64,000 bases of DNA from a virus (IMGVR_UViG_3300017613_001587), one strand, 5' to 3'; numbered from the stretch's first letter, positions 54,547 to 63,952 are shown. Numbers and translations are program-made. Notes: generated by a model not told the origin, from the letters alone.

Positions 54547-55749
54547 ATGATTAAGAGTCTACTTGATACCGACTTTTATATCCTAACCATGATGCAGGCG
54601 ATATTCCATCGCTACACGAACGTCGACACCAAGTTCGAGTTTAAATGGCGGAACTGGGATGATATGCATTTCAATATCAAACTGGATGATTTTATCGGCC
54701 GCCTGAAGAAACGCCTGGATGCTCTATGTGAGCTCAGGATCACCAAGAATGAGATAGAGTTCCTGAAGACAGTTCCATTCTTTAAGGATGACTTTATCGA
54801 ATACCTGCGGCTGTTTCAACTTAACCGCGGGTACATTCATCCCTATAACCGGGACGGGCAGCTGGCCATTGATATTCACGGCCCGCTGTTGAATGTCATT
54901 CCGTTTGAGGTGCCGGTACTTGCCACTGTCAGTCAGTTATATACCAGCAGCAACGGCGAGATCGGTTTTAACTGGCAGAAGATGGGGCGAACTCTGCTCC
55001 GTGAGAAGCTTGACTACTTGGATTCCAATTTACATCGTGATATGAACTTCGGATTCGCGGACTTTGGTACTCGTAGGCGTGCCCACTACGATTGGCACAA
55101 AGAGCTTCTCGAAACTATCCTTAGCCATGAGCCTTGCCGTATGGTTGGTACCAGTAATGTGCATTTTGCCATGAAGTATGGTATCAAATATATCGGTACC
55201 ATGGCGCATCTTTGGTTCCAGATCCACCAGCAGTTGGGGCCCCGCCTCATAGACAGCCAACAAGCTGCTCTCCAGGCCTGGGCTAATGAGTATCGCGGTG
55301 AGCTGGGAATAGCTCTGTCAGACACACTCGGCTTTCGTACATTCCTGTGTGATTTTGACAGGTATTTTGCTTTATTATTCGATGGTTGTCGCCACGACTC
55401 TGGTGATCCGATCCGTTGGTGTGAGGCCCTCATCGATCATTACAAGAAGATGAGAATCGATCCCAAAACCAAGACGGCTGTCTTTAGCGATGGGTTGACA
55501 TTTCAGGTTGCTGTTGATTTATTCCTGAGATTTCAGAATCATATCAACACATCGTATGGTATTGGCACGTACTTGACCAATGATTGTGGCTTCAAGCCTC
55601 CACAGATTGTTATCAAGAATACGGAAACAAACGGTAAACCAACGGCCAAGATCTCTGATTCCCAGGGCAAAGGTATGTGTATGGATGATGATTTCGAGGC
55701 CTATCTCATGAAAGTCGTGGAGGAAAAGATCAATGGGTGTTATTCTTAG
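54547..55749 (+). CDS. pncB: nicotinate phosphoribosyltransferase
   Basis: Near-continuous agreement with E. coli PncB: LLDTDFY.LTMMQA, FGTRRR, VGTSN, MAH.WFQ.HQQ, QAAL.AW..EY...LGIALSD, RHDSGDP, VFSD.L, FGIGT.LT.D, KP.AKISDS.GK. Confidence 0.9.
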   Translation: MIKSLLDTDFYILTMMQAIFHRYTNVDTKFEFKWRNWDDMHFNIKLDDFIGRLKKRLDALCELRITKNEIEFLKTVPFFKDDFIEYLRLFQLNRGYIHPYNRDGQLAIDIHGPLLNVIPFEVPVLATVSQLYTSSNGEIGFNWQKMGRTLLREKLDYLDSNLHRDMNFGFADFGTRRRAHYDWHKELLETILSHEPCRMVGTSNVHFAMKYGIKYIGTMAHLWFQIHQQLGPRLIDSQQAALQAWANEYRGELGIALSDTLGFRTFLCDFDRYFALLFDGCRHDSGDPIRWCEALIDHYKKMRIDPKTKTAVFSDGLTFQVAVDLFLRFQNHINTSYGIGTYLTNDCGFKPPQIVIKNTETNGKPTAKISDSQGKGMCMDDDFEAYLMKVVEEKINGCYS

Positions 55750-56653
55750 CGAGATAGTTTCACATGATGTTGATCTCAGAGAGATTTACAATAACGCTAT
55801 AGTCGGGGGTTGTGCTTATCTCAAGGCCAACCCCCTTGTCAGGACACTGATCCTGGGATTCTCTGGTGGTATAGACAGCCTCGTGACCGGCATACTGGCC
55901 CGAGCCGTGGTCGATAAGATGAATAAGAGGGAAGATCACCCTCATGATTACCGCCTTATTGGCTACAGTCTACCCATCATTACCAATGAACAGGACGAGA
56001 TCTATCGAGCCAAGGCTGCCGGTGAAGTTCTTTGTGATCACTTCAGCGAAGTCGATTTATCCAAAGCTTTTATGTCTATATTACCTATCGTGGACAATTC
56101 ATTGTTCTACGAACTTTATGGCCATGAAGCTCCACGTCCCTTAAGCGCACGAATCCGTGGCGGTAATATCAAAGCCAGGCTTCGGATGATGCACCTATAC
56201 GATAAGGCCAGTAAGTATAATGGTATGGTCTTGTCAACAGACAACTACACCGAGTATCTTTTGGGCTTCTGGACACTGCACGGTGATGTGGGTGACTTCG
56301 GCTTCATTCAGGAACTGTGGAAGACCGAGGTCTATGCTCTAGCTGAGTGGATAGGTTGGTCAGAGATGAATCTCCCTGTAATTGAGGAAACACTCGAGGC
56401 CAACGCTACTGACGGTTTAGGTGTATCCAGCGGTGATTTGGCTCAGATATTGCCAGACTGGGAAGGCTCAAGCCGGGATGGGTATGCAGAGGTTGATAGA
56501 CTACTACGTATCTGGGTTAATGGTGAGCTGGATGATGAATGGTTCGATGAGATTCATGAGAGTCCGGTCATCAAACGTCATCGGGCTTCTGCATTTAAAC
56601 GCAATAATCCAGCAAACTTGGACAAACTTCAGCTTATAGGACTCCTTGGTTAA
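55733..56653 (+). CDS. nadE: NH3-dependent NAD+ synthetase
   Basis: PP-loop SGGIDS, the GGN.KAR.RM..LY block and TDN..E...GF.T..GD, as in NadE. Confidence 0.85.
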   Translation: MGVILSEIVSHDVDLREIYNNAIVGGCAYLKANPLVRTLILGFSGGIDSLVTGILARAVVDKMNKREDHPHDYRLIGYSLPIITNEQDEIYRAKAAGEVLCDHFSEVDLSKAFMSILPIVDNSLFYELYGHEAPRPLSARIRGGNIKARLRMMHLYDKASKYNGMVLSTDNYTEYLLGFWTLHGDVGDFGFIQELWKTEVYALAEWIGWSEMNLPVIEETLEANATDGLGVSSGDLAQILPDWEGSSRDGYAEVDRLLRIWVNGELDDEWFDEIHESPVIKRHRASAFKRNNPANLDKLQLIGLLG

Positions 56654-56972
56654 TGTTATGAGAACGACGGTTCACGGTAAAAAGAGAATAAGAAAGCGAA
56701 TCGGGATCAAAAAGAAAGCCGTGGATAGGATGCGAGACGCTGCTTTTAGTAAGGGTGTGACTCACGCCCAGGCCAAAGGCCGTCTTTCCAGGTACTTTGA
56801 TAAACTATTCTTAGAACACGAAACTTGTAATAATATCCGAATGTATGCCAACTATGTTTGGATTTTTGCCGGTGAGACGCTCATTACAGTTTATCCAATA
56901 CCAACCAACCTGAAGAACAGCGCCATAGGTGCCCAAAGAAGGGAGAAAAATCGTGATATCGATAAAAGGTAA
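56646..56972 (+). CDS. hypothetical basic protein
   Basis: ORF track; overlaps the rtcB start. Confidence 0.4.
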   Translation: MVNVMRTTVHGKKRIRKRIGIKKKAVDRMRDAAFSKGVTHAQAKGRLSRYFDKLFLEHETCNNIRMYANYVWIFAGETLITVYPIPTNLKNSAIGAQRREKNRDIDKR

Positions 56973-57186
56973 GTATTCAACAGCGCATATCATGGTGGAT
57001 GATCCTAACCATGTTGTAGATCAAGACGAATATAAACAGATCCTTGAATTTGTCAACTGCCATGTTTTTGTCAATGATTCTCGAATCATGCCTGATTATC
57101 ATTATGGTAAAGGATGTGTTATTGGGTTCACCATGCCCATGACACCTCAGGTTATACCTAATATAGTCGGCGTCGATATTGGCTGA
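56929..57186 (+). CDS. rtcB: RtcB RNA ligase, N-terminal segment, ending at an in-frame TGA
   Basis: MPDYHYGKGCVIG..IVGVDIG-TGA aligns with E. coli RtcB MPDVHLGKGSTIG..AVGVDIG-C78-GM. Confidence 0.75.
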   Translation: MPKEGRKIVISIKGKYSTAHIMVDDPNHVVDQDEYKQILEFVNCHVFVNDSRIMPDYHYGKGCVIGFTMPMTPQVIPNIVGVDIG

Positions 57187-57189
57187 ACT

Positions 57190-58290
57190 ATGCTCTATGT
57201 GAGCTTCCAGAAGTTTCTGGATTTCGATAAAGCACAATGGCTGGTGATAGATCGACAAATTCGTAAACGCATCCCTATGGCACAAAAACATCGAGCCAAT
57301 CCGGCGTACAATAATTTCCATTCTGATTTTCCATGGGGCATAGCAACACTTCAACAGCAGGTTTTTACGTCCAAACTTAACAAGATGTTTGGTACAGATT
57401 ATAAAGGGGTAGATTACAACCCCAAATGGTTCTTTGACCTGTGTGAACGCGTAAACTGTAATCCCACAACAGCCGTTAATTCAATAGGTTCTCTGGGTGG
57501 GGGTAATCATTTCATTGAGTTCAGCAATTCAGAACAGACGGGCAACACTGGCGTAACTATCCATTCTGGTTCAAGAAATCTGGGTCTGAAGATTGCCAAC
57601 TACTGGCAGAGAAAAGCAGTAGCCAACCTGAAGCATCGATACCAGGTTGATTTCCAGAACACTATCAAGGAGATCAAAGCTACTCAGCCCCAGGAGAAGT
57701 GGGATAAACTCATCAAAGCTGCTAAACTGCCGCCTACTAAGACTGGCCTGGAGTATCTCGAAGGTGAGGACTGGTACGGTTACCTTCATGAGATGAATTT
57801 TGCCCAGATCTATGCCCAGGAAAACGTCGCTACTATGGCGTCTGTCATCCTGACCACTCTGAATCTACCAGCGGCGTTGATGATGTCGCCGGACAACGTG
57901 CATACCACACATAATTATATCAGCTTTGAGGACTTTATTGTCCGTAAAGGAGCTGTTCGTTCTATAAAGGGTGAAAAAATGCTGATTCCCTTTAATATGG
58001 AAGATGGTATCTTGATATGCGAAGGTAAGAGCAACGAAGAGTGGTACCAGTCGGCTCCGCACGGTGCGGGGCGTCTATTCGGCCGTGGTGAGATGAAGCG
58101 AGACTCGTCGATCAGCACCAAGGCCATCAAGAAACGGATGCAAGATAAAGGCCTTATCACCAGCGTAGTTCCAAAAGATGAGGTTAAAGAAGCCTACAAA
58201 GACCCTGCATTCATTGAGGGGGCGATTGCTCCTACTGCGACTATCGTTGATCGGCTTAAACCTATCATAACATTGAAGGCTAAAGACTAA
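57190..58290 (+). CDS. rtcB: RtcB RNA ligase, C-terminal segment, in the same frame
   Basis: SLGGGNHFIE, IHSGSRNLG and APHGAGR are the RtcB active-site motifs. Confidence 0.8.
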   Translation: MLYVSFQKFLDFDKAQWLVIDRQIRKRIPMAQKHRANPAYNNFHSDFPWGIATLQQQVFTSKLNKMFGTDYKGVDYNPKWFFDLCERVNCNPTTAVNSIGSLGGGNHFIEFSNSEQTGNTGVTIHSGSRNLGLKIANYWQRKAVANLKHRYQVDFQNTIKEIKATQPQEKWDKLIKAAKLPPTKTGLEYLEGEDWYGYLHEMNFAQIYAQENVATMASVILTTLNLPAALMMSPDNVHTTHNYISFEDFIVRKGAVRSIKGEKMLIPFNMEDGILICEGKSNEEWYQSAPHGAGRLFGRGEMKRDSSISTKAIKKRMQDKGLITSVVPKDEVKEAYKDPAFIEGAIAPTATIVDRLKPIITLKAKD

Positions 58291-58526
58291 TGAACGGATC
58301 AATAACCAAACTCAGCCGGAACAAGAACGATCTGCGAACTAAAAGTATGAAAGGGACATTCAAGGACGTGCCGGAAGTCGGCAGTCGATTTGTCATCTTC
58401 GGAGAATCCCTTACACCGGGCGGTTCTCTTCGCATGATCTCCACCAGTATCGTACAGGCCGTAGAAGTGCTTGATGACGGCTGGAAGATACAAACTGAGA
58501 ACACTAAATATAAAATAGCACTTTAG
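58290..58526 (+). CDS. hypothetical protein
   Basis: ATGA overlap with the upstream stop. Confidence 0.45.
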   Translation: MNGSITKLSRNKNDLRTKSMKGTFKDVPEVGSRFVIFGESLTPGGSLRMISTSIVQAVEVLDDGWKIQTENTKYKIAL

Positions 58527-58536
58527 GAGGTGCAAC

Positions 58537-58926
58537 ATGGGTGTCAACATCGGCTCCTACATGGATTATGTTGATGAGGAAGACCGACGTGATTTCTTTG
58601 AAAATTGGGAATCCGCATTCGAGGATATGGGGGTAGATAAAGTATTATATTGTTCGTGTAGTTATTGGGGTTATGGTGGTAGTCTAGAGATAGATATACT
58701 ACTAAAGGATGGCCGTGTCATGTCTTATGACTATGCCTTCGACTCCTGCTGTGATCGTCTTGACTATTCTTCCGACCAGAAGGATATTGATGATGATATC
58801 ATGCAGCATGCGACTTTCTTCGATAACTTAGCCCAGTATGACTCCTGGGTAGATATGCTACCCAAAGACCCGTACGATGATGTCGATGAAAATAATCGTA
58901 AGAACGCTAAATTAAAGCGTGCTTAG
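58537..58926 (+). CDS. hypothetical acidic protein
   Basis: TAGGAGGTGCAAC-ATG. Confidence 0.45.
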   Translation: MGVNIGSYMDYVDEEDRRDFFENWESAFEDMGVDKVLYCSCSYWGYGGSLEIDILLKDGRVMSYDYAFDSCCDRLDYSSDQKDIDDDIMQHATFFDNLAQYDSWVDMLPKDPYDDVDENNRKNAKLKRA

Positions 58927-58938
58927 AGGAGGTAGACC

Positions 58939-59202
58939 ATGTCTGAATTTAAAAACGTAAAGCCCGTCGCTGGCGGGAAGGTACACAAGGTAGGACGCTG
59001 GGATGCCTACACCGGAGTAGAACTAATGAAAGGTGAAGGACACCCAGATTACGGGCAAGTTGGTAGAGCCTGTGAAAAGTTTCACAATCCTTATAAGGTA
59101 GACTTGGGTGGTTGGTTTGGCCCGTTCATGAAAACCGATGAACCCATTACCTGCGGCAACTGTCTGAAGATGTACTGGCCGGACGGGAGGGGACGTGTCT
59201 GA
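58939..59202 (+). CDS. hypothetical protein
   Basis: TAGAGGAGGTAGACC-ATG. Confidence 0.45.
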   Translation: MSEFKNVKPVAGGKVHKVGRWDAYTGVELMKGEGHPDYGQVGRACEKFHNPYKVDLGGWFGPFMKTDEPITCGNCLKMYWPDGRGRV

Positions 59203-59518
59203 TAAAAAATTCAAAGGGTTCGATAGTACCAGCTGTAAGCATGTCGATATGGAGGATGCTTCCTGTAAAATAAACAAAGGTTGCGGCTCCGGCGGCGCGT
59301 ACTGTCGACCCATATGGACAGACACACACTGCTACAGCCTTGAAAAGCCCAACAATACTCAACTTGCTGAATTTGGTCGGCGAATCTATGCCCACAATGA
59401 CACTATAGTTTGTCGACAAGAAGACGGTAAATGTTGGCAGCTAACGGTTGGCGATTACCAAGGCGTAATCCCTGAGGAAGAGCTGATCTTTATCAAGAAA
59501 GCTCTTTTATCCGATTAG
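59195..59518 (+). CDS. hypothetical Cys-rich protein
   Basis: ORF track. Confidence 0.45.
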   Translation: MSDKKFKGFDSTSCKHVDMEDASCKINKGCGSGGAYCRPIWTDTHCYSLEKPNNTQLAEFGRRIYAHNDTIVCRQEDGKCWQLTVGDYQGVIPEEELIFIKKALLSD

Positions 59519-59558
59519 GAGGAAGTGTGAAATATAAATACAAATTTAAGGATGATTA

Positions 59559-59789
59559 ATGGAAGTTGGCGACGAGGTTATAAGCCTGGGCGATCACTGG
59601 ATGAGACCTGATGTCCAAGGCACAATTCTGAACATCAAGAGTAGTGGCTCAGTTCTGGTCAGATGGCATACCGGGCAGGCCGGAGCACTACTTCCCAGAA
59701 GCCTCTATCATTCACAGAGGGATATAGCGTTAAACAGCGACTGGCAAACAAACCCAAACATTGTATTTAGACGGAGGAAACTAAAATGA
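59559..59789 (+). CDS. hypothetical protein
   Basis: ORF track. Confidence 0.4.
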   Translation: MEVGDEVISLGDHWMRPDVQGTILNIKSSGSVLVRWHTGQAGALLPRSLYHSQRDIALNSDWQTNPNIVFRRRKLK

Positions 59790-60283
59790 AAATACTTGCC
59801 GCTTTGAAGAAGATCAAGCACCTCGATCGTAAGATTGAGAAGAAACTTAAACTGATTGCCAAATACTGCTCGGTGATCATGGAACCAAACGATGAAGATC
59901 CCATATACAATGAAGATGACGTCCAGGGGATGATTCAGGCCATCGGGGATATGTCAACGGAAAAAGCAGCCATTCGGTCTGCTCTCCACCGCACCAATGT
60001 CCGCACCAAGGTGCTGTTCCAAAAGAAGGAATGTTCGATAGATGAACTTCTCCTGTTCCAGAACGTTGTCTTACCAGCAAAGATGAGTACACTAACGGTC
60101 CTGAGACGTAAAGAAAAGGGTCGTGGGTTTGGCAACTCAGACAGTAAAGATGCCTATGTCCTCAACCAATACGATCCGCGGAAACGCGACCGGGACATTG
60201 AGAAGCTGGAAGATCTCATGCATGAACTTGATGAGCTTCTGGATGGACTCAACATCGAGACCGACGTAGTCGGCCTGGATTAA
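59786..60283 (+). CDS. hypothetical coiled-coil protein
   Basis: ATGA overlap with the upstream stop. Confidence 0.45.
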   Translation: MKILAALKKIKHLDRKIEKKLKLIAKYCSVIMEPNDEDPIYNEDDVQGMIQAIGDMSTEKAAIRSALHRTNVRTKVLFQKKECSIDELLLFQNVVLPAKMSTLTVLRRKEKGRGFGNSDSKDAYVLNQYDPRKRDRDIEKLEDLMHELDELLDGLNIETDVVGLD

Positions 60284-60509
60284 CAATTTACCCCTGCATG
60301 TTCGACGATAAAATCGATAAAAATCGGCAGCTTCAATGAGGCTGGACTACCAGCAAGTGCCTGGTTAATGGTCAATGGTTAATGATCTAAGGCATATGGC
60401 TAATCTCACAAATGAAAATCCTGGGATTAGGTTATGGGTTAGCTGCTGTACTCCCTTCGGTCCTACCTGGGCTGTCGGATGTGCGAGGGGTCCATTTTGG
60501 AGGTGTACC

Positions 60510-60707
60510 ATGGTAGAAGTTGGATGGGATAAAAGTTATAATATAGATATAAGGGGTGTCTCAGGCACTACTGTATTTCACATGAAAGAGGCACTTAAGA
60601 AATACCTCGCCACTATCCCGATGCCCTCTGATGACGATGTTGTTGCAGAGCTCGAGAATGTCATGGATACGTGTAATTACATAATCGAAGATGATGAGGG
60701 GGATTAA
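60510..60707 (+). CDS. hypothetical protein
   Basis: TTGGAGGTGTACC-ATG. Confidence 0.4.
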   Translation: MVEVGWDKSYNIDIRGVSGTTVFHMKEALKKYLATIPMPSDDDVVAELENVMDTCNYIIEDDEGD

Positions 60708-60709
60708 CC

Positions 60710-60949
60710 ATGGCAAGACCAGGATTTCCAGTACCTGAAGACGTAGTTCCATCCGGCAGCGGTCAACGTGGCTGGATTAACTGTGTATTCTATGGTGAAA
60801 CTGTAGACGGAGTAGCTGCTAAACGTAGTGAATACTTCGCTAAATATCCACCACAAGGCTATGACACTCATTCTCCTGATGGGGCTATTGCAAGACACCC
60901 GGACGGTTATTACTATATCAAGATTAGAAGATGGTCAACGTGTGATTGA
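60710..60949 (+). CDS. hypothetical protein
   Basis: ORF track. Confidence 0.4.
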   Translation: MARPGFPVPEDVVPSGSGQRGWINCVFYGETVDGVAAKRSEYFAKYPPQGYDTHSPDGAIARHPDGYYYIKIRRWSTCD

Positions 60950-60950
60950 T

Positions 60951-61181
60951 ATGCCGTACCAATTTAATATGTGGGGCCAGAACTGGTGGCAACAACAACA
61001 GAATAAAAAGAAGAAAGCTATGGAATGGAAACCTCCCGAGAAATGCACCTTCTGTGGTAAAAAGATTGAAGACGGGGACTTTTTTCATGCCGGTTATGAC
61101 CGCCATATGATATATTCCGAAGTTTGTGACCATATCCGCTGTTATCAGTGGTTAGAACATAAGGTAAGGAGGAAGAAATGA
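60951..61181 (+). CDS. zinc-binding hypothetical protein
   Basis: Internal ATG right after the upstream stop; CTFCG..C..C. Confidence 0.35.
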   Translation: MPYQFNMWGQNWWQQQQNKKKKAMEWKPPEKCTFCGKKIEDGDFFHAGYDRHMIYSEVCDHIRCYQWLEHKVRRKK

Positions 61182-61738
61182 CCAATCTGCCTGTCCCAAC
61201 CAACGCTGTTAAATCTCACATCAAATTACGCCGCGCACAACCTATGGATGCCATGATCTGTCTCATTCTGTCGTTAGGTCTTGTGGCACTGTTGGTTAAA
61301 CCACTCGCCGACTGTGAAATGCTTATGTGGTGGTGGATGCCTTTCTGTGTCATAAATCTCATTTATATCCTGGACGGCCTGAAGAAAGGCAAAAAAGGTG
61401 ATCCCAGCAACGCCCTGCTTATCACTATGGGACCAATACCATTCTATTTCTGGGTTATGATAACTGTCTGGCGTAAATACCATGTCTACAAGAAGGGCGG
61501 TTATGGTTGGACGCTCCAAAAGCTGGAAAAAGAGCTGATGTCTCGGAATCTCGGCCAGGGGATTGACTTCGACTTTCCGCCCAAACATTACCGTAAAGTG
61601 AAGAGACTGCTCAAAGCTTGTAAACTCACTTTTGATCAAATCCTCGACGAAGACTGGGCCAAAGCTACAAACACGCCCTTCTGTATGAGCATAACCGATA
61701 CGCCCGAGAACATGGCATTAAGGGAGGCAAGAAGATAA
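61178..61738 (+). CDS. membrane protein
   Basis: ATGA overlap; three to four transmembrane helices. Confidence 0.45.
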   Translation: MTNLPVPTNAVKSHIKLRRAQPMDAMICLILSLGLVALLVKPLADCEMLMWWWMPFCVINLIYILDGLKKGKKGDPSNALLITMGPIPFYFWVMITVWRKYHVYKKGGYGWTLQKLEKELMSRNLGQGIDFDFPPKHYRKVKRLLKACKLTFDQILDEDWAKATNTPFCMSITDTPENMALREARR

Positions 61739-62091
61739 TGTCTGGAAAGAAAAAAAGTGTTGTTATAAGCTACGCTGGAACTCGTTTATTGCTTGAAACA
61801 ATTGTAGGTTATGTCGGTGTATATCTAGACGCTTCATCAAAAGCCACTCGATATGGCATCAAGTTCTATATTAGAAGTGGGGAAATCATCGAGGCTTTGG
61901 GCGACGATAAGCTTTCTCGAAATAATCTTTTAGAGTTCTTAGACAAACATTTCGATGCAGTTCATTTCGAAGCCTATATGTGTAACGTCTGTATACATGA
62001 GGAAGCCCGAGATGACTGTTACCAAAATCGAGATCAGTGTGGACACTGGGGGAATAGACAGCACTTTAAGAGGAAAGAATCAGATGCCTAA
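61738..62091 (+). CDS. hypothetical protein
   Basis: ATGT overlap with the upstream stop. Confidence 0.45.
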   Translation: MSGKKKSVVISYAGTRLLLETIVGYVGVYLDASSKATRYGIKFYIRSGEIIEALGDDKLSRNNLLEFLDKHFDAVHFEAYMCNVCIHEEARDDCYQNRDQCGHWGNRQHFKRKESDA

Positions 62092-62248
62092 CTATCAAGT
62101 AACATTCGTGTCCGCCGAAGTCATGTCTGTACGCCGCAAATTCGGTGAAACCATTGGTGAAGTTATCGACAAAACCATCGACGAAGAAACTCGTGACTGG
62201 GTGGGGGAAATCGAAGCGGTGGAACTTGTGCATGTGGAGGACAAATGA
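62084..62248 (+). CDS. small hypothetical protein
   Basis: AAGAGGAAAGAATCAG-ATG. Confidence 0.35.
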   Translation: MPNYQVTFVSAEVMSVRRKFGETIGEVIDKTIDEETRDWVGEIEAVELVHVEDK

Positions 62249-62433
62249 GACCTGTCAGACGGTGGTTTTATACCGTACGGTGTAGGGAGGGCAGTTCCAG
62301 CTCTGTACGGAGCTTGTCTGCGCCCTCAATGTCTGAAATAATTGACTATGCTGCCAAGTTATATTTTAAAACCTGGAAGAAATGGCCTGATGTGATAGAG
62401 GCTGAGCGGAAAAGCGATTACACTTTTAATTAG
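62245..62433 (+). CDS. hypothetical protein
   Basis: ATGA overlap with the upstream stop. Confidence 0.35.
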   Translation: MRPVRRWFYTVRCREGSSSSVRSLSAPSMSEIIDYAAKLYFKTWKKWPDVIEAERKSDYTFN

Positions 62434-62445
62434 GAGGAAAGTTCC

Positions 62446-63222
62446 ATGTTCCAAAAGACTGTATTTGAACTTAACGACGGTTCTAGTGCGCCGGATTATA
62501 GTGGTTTCAACTTTGGCGCTGCTCAGGAACCTAAAGACGGGAAGATTAAGTTGGTATCAGGAACTCATACTTGCCGCGAAGGGTTGTTCCATAACATGCG
62601 CAGCCGTATTAATCAGAGTACGGATAATCAACCCACTGATAGGATGCGTATGATCTTCCGGTGGTATGCTGGCCAAGCCAACCGCGCTTCTGAAATAGCG
62701 AGGAGCGAGGAGTGGGCTCTGAGATCTGTATCTGTACTGCGTGCTTTTGACCAGTGTGCAGGTTGGCCACTCACTCGAGTCTACAAACTGGATGTAGGCA
62801 GCAATAGTGCCTGGCTCGGTGCATATTATTACTGGAGCTCCAGGCGTTGGATGAAGGCCTCGTATCTGGTGTCCCTGTATGTTCTCCTGGTGCGTATGTG
62901 TAAAGATGAACGTATCACCGGTTTCAAGAATATGGATGATCTGGTCAAGCTGATGGCGAAGATTCAGAAATCCGGCACTAACCTGAAGAACGACCATAAC
63001 TACGTCATGACTTCCGTGCCCTACTGGAAAGCCATTATGAAGGGTTATCCCAAATTGTTTCGCAAGCGTAAAATGCCTTATTACTGGGATACCAGCAGAA
63101 TCGGCGGCGGTTCCGGCGGCTCAGAAGGCATCCAATATTTGTGCAACGGCGACACCTCATACACTGAAGTGCGGGAGGAGCTGTTGAAAATCAAGGCGGA
63201 CCTCGATAAGAAAAAGAAATAG
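62446..63222 (+). CDS. hypothetical protein (258 aa)
   Basis: TTAGGAGGAAAGTTCC-ATG. Confidence 0.45.
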   Translation: MFQKTVFELNDGSSAPDYSGFNFGAAQEPKDGKIKLVSGTHTCREGLFHNMRSRINQSTDNQPTDRMRMIFRWYAGQANRASEIARSEEWALRSVSVLRAFDQCAGWPLTRVYKLDVGSNSAWLGAYYYWSSRRWMKASYLVSLYVLLVRMCKDERITGFKNMDDLVKLMAKIQKSGTNLKNDHNYVMTSVPYWKAIMKGYPKLFRKRKMPYYWDTSRIGGGSGGSEGIQYLCNGDTSYTEVREELLKIKADLDKKKK

Positions 63223-63250
63223 GTCCATAACTCCAAGGAGGTACCATATC

Positions 63251-63952
63251 ATGACCGAGAAACAGAAAACCTTACCCTGTAACATTCCATCAACTAAGGT
63301 TGACGAGATCAAAGCCAAAGCCATCCTGAAGAGCGACGACAACTATATGGTGCGTTATCTTCGCAACGAGCCGACTGTTGCCCTGGCTCGTGTCCCAGCC
63401 CGAAACGCGGATGGCGGCCTGCTCGCAGATGCTCCGGCAGTGCGCAAGAAAGTCATCTGTGCCGGTATTCCATTTGCCAGCATGATCGCGTTCGTACATG
63501 ACCATAAGCTCCTGATTGGCTGGTCCAAGCGGATCGGGGATCGGCAACTGGTGGAGACCCAGGAGCTCCACAGCCTATTCCGAGGTCTGCTTGAGGAATC
63601 AAAGGGTGTATCCGAGGAAAGTGAAGACTATAAGGATATGTTCAATGTTTTCTCAACCCGGCTGGTCAACTTCTTGGCAGGACAATCCCCCAAAGAGATC
63701 GAGATCTCATTCTCGAAAACCGGCGGGAAAACTGCTGCCATCATTCGTGGTCTTCATGACACGATTTCCATTAAGGGCAATGCTATCGAGTCCGAAGCGT
63801 CGGGCCCGGTGCCACATGACATTGCCAGAAACCTTGGCTGGTTTATCGAATTAGCCGAGAGAACCTACGGCCAAAAGGCTGCGAATGTAGCCTACCCGGA
63901 AAACCTCCCAGCCAAAGCTGAAGAGCCGGAATCCGCGGTTGCCGTGGTGTGA
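63251..63952 (+). CDS. hypothetical protein (233 aa)
   Basis: CAAGGAGGTACCATATC-ATG. Confidence 0.45.
   Translation: MTEKQKTLPCNIPSTKVDEIKAKAILKSDDNYMVRYLRNEPTVALARVPARNADGGLLADAPAVRKKVICAGIPFASMIAFVHDHKLLIGWSKRIGDRQLVETQELHSLFRGLLEESKGVSEESEDYKDMFNVFSTRLVNFLAGQSPKEIEISFSKTGGKTAAIIRGLHDTISIKGNAIESEASGPVPHDIARNLGWFIELAERTYGQKAANVAYPENLPAKAEEPESAVAVV

Noticed and set aside
56646-56972. RelE/ParE-like toxin upstream of rtcB
   Set aside because: Only a vague resemblance in hydrophobic pattern (VWIFAGETLITVYPIP). There are no conserved catalytic residues or antitoxin partner that I could support.
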